Assembly (NCBI GenBank): GCA_964460615.1
Contig: CAYWPX010000005.1
Span: forward strand, 9,524 to 73,523
Source: an uncultured Planctomycetia bacterium
GTDB taxonomy: Bacteria > Omnitrophota > Gorgyraeia > CAYWPX01
Reading direction: 5' to 3'
DNA: 64,000 nucleotides
The translations under genes and the position numbers were made by a program. How positions within the stretch are numbered: position 1 is the stretch's first letter; the number at the start of each line of letters is the position of its first letter. Shown piece after piece: positions 29,180 to 37,641 of the stretch. The notes beneath the pieces are model-generated. The model was not told the origin of the DNA and did not search any database. It worked only from the letters and a program-made list of their open reading frames with translations.

Positions 29180-32100
29180 ATGCAACACTCAGACTTTGTA
29201 CATCTGCACCTACACACTCAATACAGCCTACTTGATGGAGCATGCCATCTTGAAAAGCTGATGGATCTGGCAAAAAGCTATAAAATGCCTGCTATTGCCA
29301 TTACAGACCATGGGAATATGTTCGGTGCGATTGAGTTTTATAATCTAGCGTTTTCCTACGGGATAAAACCTATCATCGGCTGCGAAGTATATATAGCCCC
29401 CGAAAGCCGCTTTGACAAAAAAGCCAGCGGGATAAATGAGGCTTCCTTTCATTTAATACTTTTATGTAAAGACGAGATTGGCTACGGAAATTTAATTAAA
29501 CTTGTTTCTTACGGCTTTATTGAGGGATTTTATTACCGCCCCAGGATTGACAAAGAGATACTATCCAGGCACTCCAAAGGTCTCATATGTCTATCTAGCT
29601 GCCTAAAAGGCGAGATAGCAAGCCTTATAAATTCCAAAAAAGAGGAAGAAGCCGAAAAAGTAGCAAAGTTTTATAAAGATACTTTTGGTAGAGATAATTT
29701 CTTTCTTGAGATACAAGACAACCGCATTCCCGAACAGACAATAGTCAATAATGGGCTTATAAAACTTGCAAAAAAACTTGACTTGGAACTAGTTGCTACA
29801 AATGACGTCCATTATCTAAAAAAAGAAGACGCAGAAGCTCACGAGGCACTTCTTAGCATACAAACACAAACGACTCTCGACGATCCTAATAGAATGCGTT
29901 TTCAGACTGATGAATTCTATTTTAAAAGCCCCGAGGTGATGAAAAAGTCTTTTGAATCTATCGCTCCTGAGGCTATTAAAAATACTATTAAAATCGCTGA
30001 AAGGTGCAATCTCGAACTGGATTTCTCTAAAACACATCTACCGCAGTACAGGCCTCCTGATGGGAAGACCAGGGAAGAGTTCTTGCTCGAACTTGTTAAA
30101 GCCGGTCTATCAAAACGTTATCCCGAAATAACCAAAAAAATTTCCGAGAGAGTGGAATATGAGCTTTCGGTAATACGAAAAAGCGGTTATACGAGCTATT
30201 TTTTAATAGCATGGGATTTTGTCAATTATGCAAAAAGCAAAGGTATCCCGGTCGGCCCCGGCAGAGGAAGCGCGGCCGGAAGCGTCGTAAGCTATGCCCT
30301 TGGCATTACGGATATAGACCCATTAAAATACGACCTGCTTTTTGAAAGATTTTTGAATCCCGAACGAGTAAGCCTGCCTGATGTCGATATAGACTTCTGC
30401 TACGAAAGAAGGAATGAGGTAATAGAATATGTGACAAGCAAATATTCCAAAGACAACGTCTGTCAGATAATAACGTTCGGAACTATGATGGCAAGAGCCG
30501 TTGTTCGCGACGTAGGCAGGGTAATGGCTATACCCTACGGTGAGGTCGATAAGATAGCAAAGCTCATCCCTTTTGAACTGAATATGACCCTTGAAGACGC
30601 TCTCAAAAAAGAACCGCAATTGAAAGATATCTATGATAAGAATTTTCAGATAAAAAAACTAATCGACACGGCTAAGATCCTTGAAGGGCTTACAAGGCAC
30701 GCATCCACCCATGCGGCAGGGGTAGTCATTTGCGAAGAACCGCTGATAAACCTTGTCCCTCTATTTAAAACCGGCGACGACCAGATTACGACGCAATACG
30801 CGATGAGTTCCTTAGAAAAACTTGGCGTACTTAAGATGGATTTTTTGGGACTTAGAACACTTACTGTTGTAAGCGAGGCTGTAAAGATAATCAAGAGAAC
30901 CCGAGGCCTCGAACTAGACATAACTACGATCCCACTTGATGATAAAAAAACATTCCAATTACTAGCTAGCGGCGAGGCAATAGGAGTGTTCCAGCTTGAA
31001 AGTAGCGGTATGAGAGACCTGTTGAAAAAGCTAAAAACCGATAAATTTGAGGATCTTATAGCTTTACTTGCGCTTTTTAGACCTGGCCCGCTTGGCAGCG
31101 GATTAACAGATGATTTTTGTTCCAGAAAAAATGGGAAGACACCCATAAAATATGACCACCCAAAACTGGAACCCATTTTAAAGGAAACTTATGGCATTAT
31201 CCTTTACCAAGAACAGGTTATGCGTATTGCCAGTAATTTGGCAGGATTTAGCCTTGCTCAGGCAGATTCCCTCAGACGCGCCATCGGTAAAAAAATCCCT
31301 GAAGCAATGGCTGAAGCCAAAAAAAAGTTTATTGACGGTGCGGTCAAAAATAAGATAGATGAAAAAATTGCTACAAAAATATTTGAACAGATTGAATACT
31401 TTGCCGGATATGGCTTTAATAAATCCCACTCTGCCGCATATGCTATGATCAGTTACCGCACAGCCTATCTTAAGGCAAATTTTCCTATTGAATTCATGAC
31501 TGCTCTTCTAACCTCAGAAAAAGATAATACCGACAAGATTGTTGAGTATATCAATGAGTCAACAAGAATGAATATCCCCATTAAACCTCCCGATATAAAT
31601 GAAAGCTTTGCAAAATTTACCGTCGTCGGTGATTCTATCAGATTCGGGCTCTCAGCAATAAAAAATGTCGGACAAGGGGCTATTGATTCTATTATCAACG
31701 CCCGCGAGAAAAACGGCAGATTTAAAGATATTTATAATTTTTGCGAACATATAGACACAAGGCTCGCTAACAGGAAGGTCATTGAAAGCTTGATAAAATC
31801 AGGTGCTATGGATAGCCTGGGTCTGAAAAGATCCCAAATGATGATTGCTATAGATAAGGCTCTTGAAATGGCTAACTCTATACAAAAAGACAGGTCAAAT
31901 GGCCAGCTTTCTTTTTTTGATGTTGGAAAAAAGGATAGCACCTTTAACCATTCTTTCAACGATATCCCTGATATGGAAGAATGGCCGGAACATGAATTTT
32001 TAATAAATGAAAAAGAGATGCTGGGATTTTATATCACAAAGCACCCATTGGCAAGGTACGAAAAGATCATAAAATCATTTTCTAGCACATCTTCAAAAAC

Positions 32101-32629
32101 ACTTGGTTCCCTAAAAGATAACGACTTGGTCAGTATCGGCGGGATAATAAGCAAAGCCAAGTTCACTGTTACAAAAAGAACTGGTGAACGCATGGCGATA
32201 TTAAATCTGGAAGATTTTGACGGATCAACAGAAACGCTTGTATTCCCTAAGACTTTCCAGGCTTCAGCGCAGTACATCAAGGTTGACTCTATAGTATATA
32301 TTAAAGGCCGTTTAAACCTTAAGGAAGACACCCCTAAGATCATTGCCGATGAGATCATTCCGATAGAAAAAGCTGAAGAAAAAATGATTAAATCGGTCTC
32401 CATTAAACTAAACTCTGCTAAATTGGAAAAAAAGGACCTTGAAGAGCTTAAGTGGATCTTATCACAAAACCCCGGGACTATTCCCGTGTATCTGAACTTC
32501 ATAACCGCCGATAATAAATCAGTAGGGGTAGTAGCCAATAAAAACTCCGGAATAAAGATTTCCGGGGTATTTATTGATCAGGTTGAAAAAATTGCAGGTG
32601 AGAACACTGTGAAACTAAACTTATCATAA
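29180..32629 (+). CDS. dnaE: DNA polymerase III alpha subunit
   Basis: PHP domain HLHLHTQYSLLDGA, polymerase core, OB-fold. 1149 aa. Confidence 0.95.
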   Translation: MQHSDFVHLHLHTQYSLLDGACHLEKLMDLAKSYKMPAIAITDHGNMFGAIEFYNLAFSYGIKPIIGCEVYIAPESRFDKKASGINEASFHLILLCKDEIGYGNLIKLVSYGFIEGFYYRPRIDKEILSRHSKGLICLSSCLKGEIASLINSKKEEEAEKVAKFYKDTFGRDNFFLEIQDNRIPEQTIVNNGLIKLAKKLDLELVATNDVHYLKKEDAEAHEALLSIQTQTTLDDPNRMRFQTDEFYFKSPEVMKKSFESIAPEAIKNTIKIAERCNLELDFSKTHLPQYRPPDGKTREEFLLELVKAGLSKRYPEITKKISERVEYELSVIRKSGYTSYFLIAWDFVNYAKSKGIPVGPGRGSAAGSVVSYALGITDIDPLKYDLLFERFLNPERVSLPDVDIDFCYERRNEVIEYVTSKYSKDNVCQIITFGTMMARAVVRDVGRVMAIPYGEVDKIAKLIPFELNMTLEDALKKEPQLKDIYDKNFQIKKLIDTAKILEGLTRHASTHAAGVVICEEPLINLVPLFKTGDDQITTQYAMSSLEKLGVLKMDFLGLRTLTVVSEAVKIIKRTRGLELDITTIPLDDKKTFQLLASGEAIGVFQLESSGMRDLLKKLKTDKFEDLIALLALFRPGPLGSGLTDDFCSRKNGKTPIKYDHPKLEPILKETYGIILYQEQVMRIASNLAGFSLAQADSLRRAIGKKIPEAMAEAKKKFIDGAVKNKIDEKIATKIFEQIEYFAGYGFNKSHSAAYAMISYRTAYLKANFPIEFMTALLTSEKDNTDKIVEYINESTRMNIPIKPPDINESFAKFTVVGDSIRFGLSAIKNVGQGAIDSIINAREKNGRFKDIYNFCEHIDTRLANRKVIESLIKSGAMDSLGLKRSQMMIAIDKALEMANSIQKDRSNGQLSFFDVGKKDSTFNHSFNDIPDMEEWPEHEFLINEKEMLGFYITKHPLARYEKIIKSFSSTSSKTLGSLKDNDLVSIGGIISKAKFTVTKRTGERMAILNLEDFDGSTETLVFPKTFQASAQYIKVDSIVYIKGRLNLKEDTPKIIADEIIPIEKAEEKMIKSVSIKLNSAKLEKKDLEELKWILSQNPGTIPVYLNFITADNKSVGVVANKNSGIKISGVFIDQVEKIAGENTVKLNLS

Positions 32630-33298
32630 ATGAAACTAACCAGCAAAACCTTAGAAATTAATAAATCCCTTTATCCTATCTACAAAAAATTGCTCAATGA
32701 ATTTGGCACTCAGCATTGGTGGCCGGCAAAAACCAAGTTTGAGGTTATTATCGGAGCCATCCTTACTCAAAACACATCCTGGCAAAATGTTGAGAAGGCA
32801 ATATTAAATCTAAAACGAAAAAAACTTCTCAATCCCAAAAACATCAGAGACGTAGATATAGCTACTCTTGCCGGGCATATAAAGCCCTCCGGTTATTACA
32901 ACATAAAAGCTAAAAGAATAAAGAATTTTGTAAATTGGTTTCATATAAATTTTGATTCAAGTATCAGCCGTATGTCCAAGGCTCCTCTTTATGATCTCAG
33001 GAAAGGACTACTCTCAGTCAACGGGATTGGACCTGAAACAGCTGACTCCATCTTACTATATGCTGTTCAAAAACCGGTATTCGTGGTTGACGCATACACG
33101 AGAAGAATTTTTTTCAGACACAAACTTATAAGTCAAGATGCTTCTTACGAGCAAATCCAGTCTTTTTTCCAGAACAGCCTGGCGACAGATACCGAATTAT
33201 TTAATGAGTATCACGCTCTAATTGTTAAACTCGCTAAAACATACTGTAAAAAAACTCCGGAATGCAATAGATGCCCTTTGGTTGATTTCAAACAATAA
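32630..33298 (+). CDS. HhH-GPD superfamily base-excision glycosylase (endonuclease III-like, COG2231-like)
   Basis: HhH-GPD pattern (VNGIGPETADSILLYA). ATG abuts the dnaE stop. Confidence 0.6.
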   Translation: MKLTSKTLEINKSLYPIYKKLLNEFGTQHWWPAKTKFEVIIGAILTQNTSWQNVEKAILNLKRKKLLNPKNIRDVDIATLAGHIKPSGYYNIKAKRIKNFVNWFHINFDSSISRMSKAPLYDLRKGLLSVNGIGPETADSILLYAVQKPVFVVDAYTRRIFFRHKLISQDASYEQIQSFFQNSLATDTELFNEYHALIVKLAKTYCKKTPECNRCPLVDFKQ

Positions 33299-33352
33299 GC
33301 AAATTGAAGCTTAATAGTCTTTCTGACATAATAAAAAAATATAAATTGAATT

Positions 33353-34123
33353 ATGAAAAAAAATATTAAAAAAACAACAGAAAATATAAAAGTTAAAAGG
33401 GAAAAGATATCCAGCCTAGAATTTTTCATTTCTAAAAAGATCGGCCGCGCGATCTTTGATTATAATATGCTTTCTGATAACGACAGAATACTCGTAGCGG
33501 TTTCAGGGGGGAAAGACAGCCTGATGCTTTTAAGAATTTTACATCAAAGGCAGTCATTCGTCCCCATAAAATACAAGCTTCTTGCCGTGCATATTGTCAG
33601 TGATTTCCATTGCCAGGGTTGCGCAAATTCAAAAAATCTTGAGAAGTTCTTTAAAGAGAATGATATCGATTATATCATCAAAAAAATCGAGATCCTGAAA
33701 AATTCCAAAAAAAAGATAGACTGTTTCTGGTGCAGCTGGAATAGGCGTAAAGCACTTTTTGATCTGGCTAAAGAGCACTCATGCAAAAAAATCGCATTTG
33801 GCCACCATAAAGACGATATCGCTCAGACAATGCTTTTAAATCTTTTTTTTAACGGCGAGATAAGCACAATGCCTGCAAAACTGAGTATGTTTAATGGTGA
33901 GTTCCATATAATAAGACCCCTGGCTTATGTGGAAGAAAAAGACATTGCCAGATTCGCTAAGGAGATAAATCTGCCTATAAATGCGTGCAGGTGCCCTTAT
34001 GGCGCGGATTCTTCCAGAAACCTTATGAGAAATATCATCAAAGAGGTGGAAGAGATTAATCCGAAAGCGAAGACAAATATCATAAAATCACTTGAACGAA
34101 TAAAAGAAGGCTACCTTTTGTGA
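33353..34123 (+). CDS. PP-loop ATPase, TtcA-like tRNA 2-thiocytidine/thiolation enzyme
   Basis: PP-loop LVAVSGGKDS plus Cys pairs (CQGC, CFWC, CRCP). Confidence 0.6.
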   Translation: MKKNIKKTTENIKVKREKISSLEFFISKKIGRAIFDYNMLSDNDRILVAVSGGKDSLMLLRILHQRQSFVPIKYKLLAVHIVSDFHCQGCANSKNLEKFFKENDIDYIIKKIEILKNSKKKIDCFWCSWNRRKALFDLAKEHSCKKIAFGHHKDDIAQTMLLNLFFNGEISTMPAKLSMFNGEFHIIRPLAYVEEKDIARFAKEINLPINACRCPYGADSSRNLMRNIIKEVEEINPKAKTNIIKSLERIKEGYLL

Positions 34124-34884
34124 AAAAATACAACAGTATCATCACTTTTCTTGGAACAGGAGCGGGGACGCCCACCAAAACAAGGTCCGAGGCCGGCATC
34201 CTTATTTCATCCGGTTCCTTAAAAATCCTGATCGATCCCGGCTCTGCCATTATTGAGCGATTACTCAAAATAAATGTGACATATCACGATATTACTCATA
34301 TAGTCATATCGCATCTGCACCCTGATCACGTTCAGGGATTGATTTCATTTCTTTTTTCGTCAAAATTCCATCTTTCTCCAAGGCGAAATGACCTGATAAT
34401 AATCGCACCCAAAGGTTTCAGGCGCTTTCTTAATAAACTTCAGGAGACATTTGACAATACGATCACGCCCGAATTTTATAAACTTAACATCCATGAGGCA
34501 AGCAATAAGGTCATAAATTTTAAAGAGCTTAAAATCACTTTTGCAAAAACTCTCCACAGCATAGAAAGCATTGGCTACAGATTCCATATAAATGGCAGGA
34601 TCATAACATACTCAGGAGATACGGGTTATTGCCAAGACATCATCGATCTTTCCAAACATTCAGACATCCTGATTTTAGAATGTTCTATGCCTGATAAATT
34701 TAAGGTAAAAAATCACCTTACACCAAGCTTGGCCGGAAAGATAGCTTCTCAATCCGGCTCAAAAATCCTAATATTAACTCATTTTTTCCCTATTTGTGAA
34801 AAATTTGATATACTAAGTAAAGCGCATTTAATATTTAAGGGAAAGATCGTACAAGCATATGATTTCATGAGTATAAAAATATAG
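34120..34884 (+). CDS. MBL-fold metallo-hydrolase (RNase Z/ElaC-like)
   Basis: HxHxDH motif ISHLHPDHVQG. Start overlaps the upstream stop (GTGA/ATGA coupling). Confidence 0.65.
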   Translation: MKKYNSIITFLGTGAGTPTKTRSEAGILISSGSLKILIDPGSAIIERLLKINVTYHDITHIVISHLHPDHVQGLISFLFSSKFHLSPRRNDLIIIAPKGFRRFLNKLQETFDNTITPEFYKLNIHEASNKVINFKELKITFAKTLHSIESIGYRFHINGRIITYSGDTGYCQDIIDLSKHSDILILECSMPDKFKVKNHLTPSLAGKIASQSGSKILILTHFFPICEKFDILSKAHLIFKGKIVQAYDFMSIKI

Positions 34885-34893
34885 GGGGTATTT

Positions 34894-35286
34894 ATGGCCA
34901 AAGTGTCAAAAAGCAAGCCTAAAAAATCAAAAAAAATTTCCAAGAGACCTAAATCTAAAAAACCTTCCAAAAAAATATCAAAGACTTCTGCTAAAAAAAT
35001 TAAAAAAAACAAAATAACTTCTGAAATTACGCAAAATATGGCACTTATCGGCAGTATTGTGCATTATTTTCCACATGTAAAAGTAGGTGTTATAAATATT
35101 TCCGAGGGAACGTTAGCTAAGAACGATAATATATTTATCAAAGGGCATACTACTAAATTCAGGCAAAAAGTCAGTTCGCTTGAAATTGACCACAAGAAAG
35201 TAAATGAAATAAAAAAGAATGATGACGCAGGCATCCTGTTAAAAGCACGGGTTAGAATAGGCGATCTGGTTTACAAAATCGGTTAA
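34894..35286 (+). CDS. Lys-rich histone H1-like N-terminus fused to a small beta-barrel (EF-Tu domain-2-like) domain
   Basis: Residues 1-50 are about 50% Lys/Ser/Pro (KSKPKKSKKISKRPKSKKPSKKISKTSAKKIKK). C-terminal ~80 aa are beta-rich (VGVINISEGTLAKNDNIFIKG...GILLKARVRIGDLVYK). Confidence 0.4.
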   Translation: MAKVSKSKPKKSKKISKRPKSKKPSKKISKTSAKKIKKNKITSEITQNMALIGSIVHYFPHVKVGVINISEGTLAKNDNIFIKGHTTKFRQKVSSLEIDHKKVNEIKKNDDAGILLKARVRIGDLVYKIG

Positions 35287-35287
35287 T

Positions 35288-35818
35288 ATGGCTGATCATA
35301 AAATATTAAAAGAGAAATTAATTCATAAAGGGAAGGTCTTTAGCTTAGTAAATGAAGTCATTTACGCTAAAGGCAAAAATATCTCAGTTGACCTGATTAA
35401 GCACCCCGGAGCGGTAGTAATAATACCCGTTTTAAATAACAATAAAGTAGTACTATTAAAACAATTCCGGCCCGCAGTAAAAAAATATATCTATGAATTC
35501 CCGGCAGGAACTCTTAATCAAAATGAGACGCCTTTATCGGCAGCAAATAGAGAACTGGAAGAAGAGACAGGTTTTGTAGCGAAAAAACTGGACAAAGTAT
35601 TTAAAGTTATTCCGGTCCCCGGATACTCAACAGAGATCATGCATTTCTTTATAGCTAAGGATTTAATAAAAGGCAAATTAAATCTCGATAAAGATGAAAT
35701 ACTTAAAGCTGAGGTTATTGGCATAGACAAAATACTTTCTCTGGCAAAAAAAGGAAAAATATCTGATGCCAAAACGCTTGTCGGGATTTTTATACTAAAA
35801 TATTTGAAAGAATTATAA
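35288..35818 (+). CDS. NUDIX hydrolase (ADP-ribose pyrophosphatase-like)
   Basis: Nudix box GTLNQNETPLSAANRELEEETGF. Confidence 0.75.
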   Translation: MADHKILKEKLIHKGKVFSLVNEVIYAKGKNISVDLIKHPGAVVIIPVLNNNKVVLLKQFRPAVKKYIYEFPAGTLNQNETPLSAANRELEEETGFVAKKLDKVFKVIPVPGYSTEIMHFFIAKDLIKGKLNLDKDEILKAEVIGIDKILSLAKKGKISDAKTLVGIFILKYLKEL

Positions 35819-35819
35819 A

Positions 35820-36056
35820 ATGAAAAAAGAACACTACAAAAAGATCCTTTTCGGTTTGGGCTTTGATTCCAAAGACGGCCATGTAAGAATTACTAAAGGC
35901 GATAATTTCAAGTTATTTGGAGGATCAAAAAATACCCATGAGATGATGCAGGAAAAAGCAATCAAATTCAATGAACAACTCAAGAAAAAAGGAAAGACGC
36001 TCGATGATATCTCAAGGGAAGAATTTTTGGATATTATGCATAAGACTTTGAAATAG
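35820..36056 (+). CDS. Small hypothetical protein (78 aa)
   Basis: ORF only. ATG immediately after the upstream stop. Confidence 0.3.
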   Translation: MKKEHYKKILFGLGFDSKDGHVRITKGDNFKLFGGSKNTHEMMQEKAIKFNEQLKKKGKTLDDISREEFLDIMHKTLK

Positions 36057-36090
36057 TATAGGCAAATATCTCTGATACTTTAAAACTTTC

Positions 36091-36118
36091 TTGAAATAAT
36101 ATATATTTAATGTATAAT
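36091..36118 (+). promoter_or_regulatory. Sigma70-like promoter TTGAAA-N16-TATAAT
   Basis: Near-consensus hexamers read directly, ~25 nt upstream of the 36144 start. Confidence 0.55.
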
Positions 36119-36143
36119 TATATAAAATCATAAAAAATCCTAT

Positions 36144-37388
36144 ATGGCCAAAAACGATACATTAAGCGACCAAAATAAAAGGCAGTATCTCAGAATAGAT
36201 ACTGTTTTTCCTATAGAATTCCAGATTACCAGCGAAGACAGGATGCGCACTCTCTCTGATTTAAAAGAGGGATTTACCAGAAATATCGGTAAAGGCGGTA
36301 TCTGCATAACCACAAAAATAGTAAAAGGTGCCTCTTTTCCCGATCTCTTGCCGAAAAAAACCAAATTAAAGCTTATTATCAATATCCCCCCTGACCGAGA
36401 ACCCTTAGAGTCATTCGCTACGGTCGAATGGGTAGAAAAATATTCCGGTTCACTTTTGGATACATATACATTCGGTGCTTCCTACGATTATATAAACGAA
36501 GAAGAATATGAAAGAATATTAGGCTATTTGAACTGGATCCGCCACAAACCGAAGGTCCTTACCGGTTTTGTTATAGTTCTAAGCTTAATAATAATATTTG
36601 GCATTGGGCTGATGATAAAATCAAATAAATTGCAAAACATCGCTCAGCAATTTCTTATCAGTAAAGACACCCTTGTAAAGATCGAGTCCGAACTCGAAAG
36701 GAAAAAACTCGAGGTCTTATCCATACAAAAGGAACTTGAAAATCTTCAGACCCAAAGAGAGACCGAAGAGTCATTAAGGGACGAATTAGAATCTAAGCAG
36801 TCAGATCTTGAGAAATTTCTTAAGGATCTGGAAGCCAAAAAAAATTCCTTACGCGAAGAAATAGACTCTCTTAATGCCGAAAAAAATGCCGATGAAGAAC
36901 AACTCCTGGAAAACGAAACTACTAAATCGGAAACTGAAACTATAGTTCCTGAAGAGCTTGGCTCTGAAGAGGTTATCCCTAAGTCCGCCGAAACTGTTGC
37001 CTCAAAATCTCCCCAGATTTCCCAAGAACTACTTAGACTAGAGGAAACCAATTACAACAGATTCCGCGAATTGATCCTTCAGGAAAAGGTACAGAGCCTT
37101 GAAATCTACTGCTCATCTCACAAATCTAGCATATATTATCCAGCGGCACTTTTTGCCTTAGCCGAGATTCAATACAAAGCCAGAAATAATACATTCGCAA
37201 AAGCCAATTACACAAAACTAGTCGAAAATTTTCCTGATAGCATATACGGCCTTTATTCAGGACATCGTTTGGATCAAATAAATAGTTATTATAATTACAA
37301 CCGGTATTCATTAAAAGATTTATCCGAACAATACAATTTGCCGGCTCTTTATGACTATAAAAAACTAGAGCCTTATATCAAAGAATAG
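36144..37388 (+). CDS. PilZ-domain protein with TM helix, long coiled coil and C-terminal TPR/YbgF-like region
   Basis: PilZ motifs RQYLRID (RxxxR) and NIGKGGI (D/NxSxxG). TM at ~130-150. Heptad-rich 170-300. C-terminal TPR-like segment. Confidence 0.6.
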   Translation: MAKNDTLSDQNKRQYLRIDTVFPIEFQITSEDRMRTLSDLKEGFTRNIGKGGICITTKIVKGASFPDLLPKKTKLKLIINIPPDREPLESFATVEWVEKYSGSLLDTYTFGASYDYINEEEYERILGYLNWIRHKPKVLTGFVIVLSLIIIFGIGLMIKSNKLQNIAQQFLISKDTLVKIESELERKKLEVLSIQKELENLQTQRETEESLRDELESKQSDLEKFLKDLEAKKNSLREEIDSLNAEKNADEEQLLENETTKSETETIVPEELGSEEVIPKSAETVASKSPQISQELLRLEETNYNRFRELILQEKVQSLEIYCSSHKSSIYYPAALFALAEIQYKARNNTFAKANYTKLVENFPDSIYGLYSGHRLDQINSYYNYNRYSLKDLSEQYNLPALYDYKKLEPYIKE

Positions 37389-37404
37389 AATGGAGGTGTA
37401 TAAA

Positions 37405-37635
37405 TTGAAAATCAAAGCATATGTGCTAATGAACTTGAATACCGACAATCTTCAGTCAACATTAGAAAATGTCAAGAAAATCTCCGGCGTAACAACGGCT
37501 GATGCTATCATCGGGCCTTACGATGCTATAGCCATTTTGGAAGCAGGACACATGGATGAGATAGGAAAAATCGTTGTCGAAAAAATCCTTAAAGTTCCAG
37601 GTGTGGCTAAAACCCTTACATGCGTAACCGTTTAA
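37405..37635 (+). CDS. Stand-alone Lrp/AsnC C-terminal (RAM) ligand-binding-domain mini-protein
   Basis: ~77 aa beta-alpha-beta-beta-alpha-beta pattern (KAYVLMNL...ISGVTTADAIIGPYDAIAILEAGHMDEIGKIVVEKI). TTG start 8 nt after a GGAGGTG RBS. Ends 6 nt before the next ATG. Confidence 0.4.
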   Translation: MKIKAYVLMNLNTDNLQSTLENVKKISGVTTADAIIGPYDAIAILEAGHMDEIGKIVVEKILKVPGVAKTLTCVTV

Positions 37636-37641
37636 CTATAA

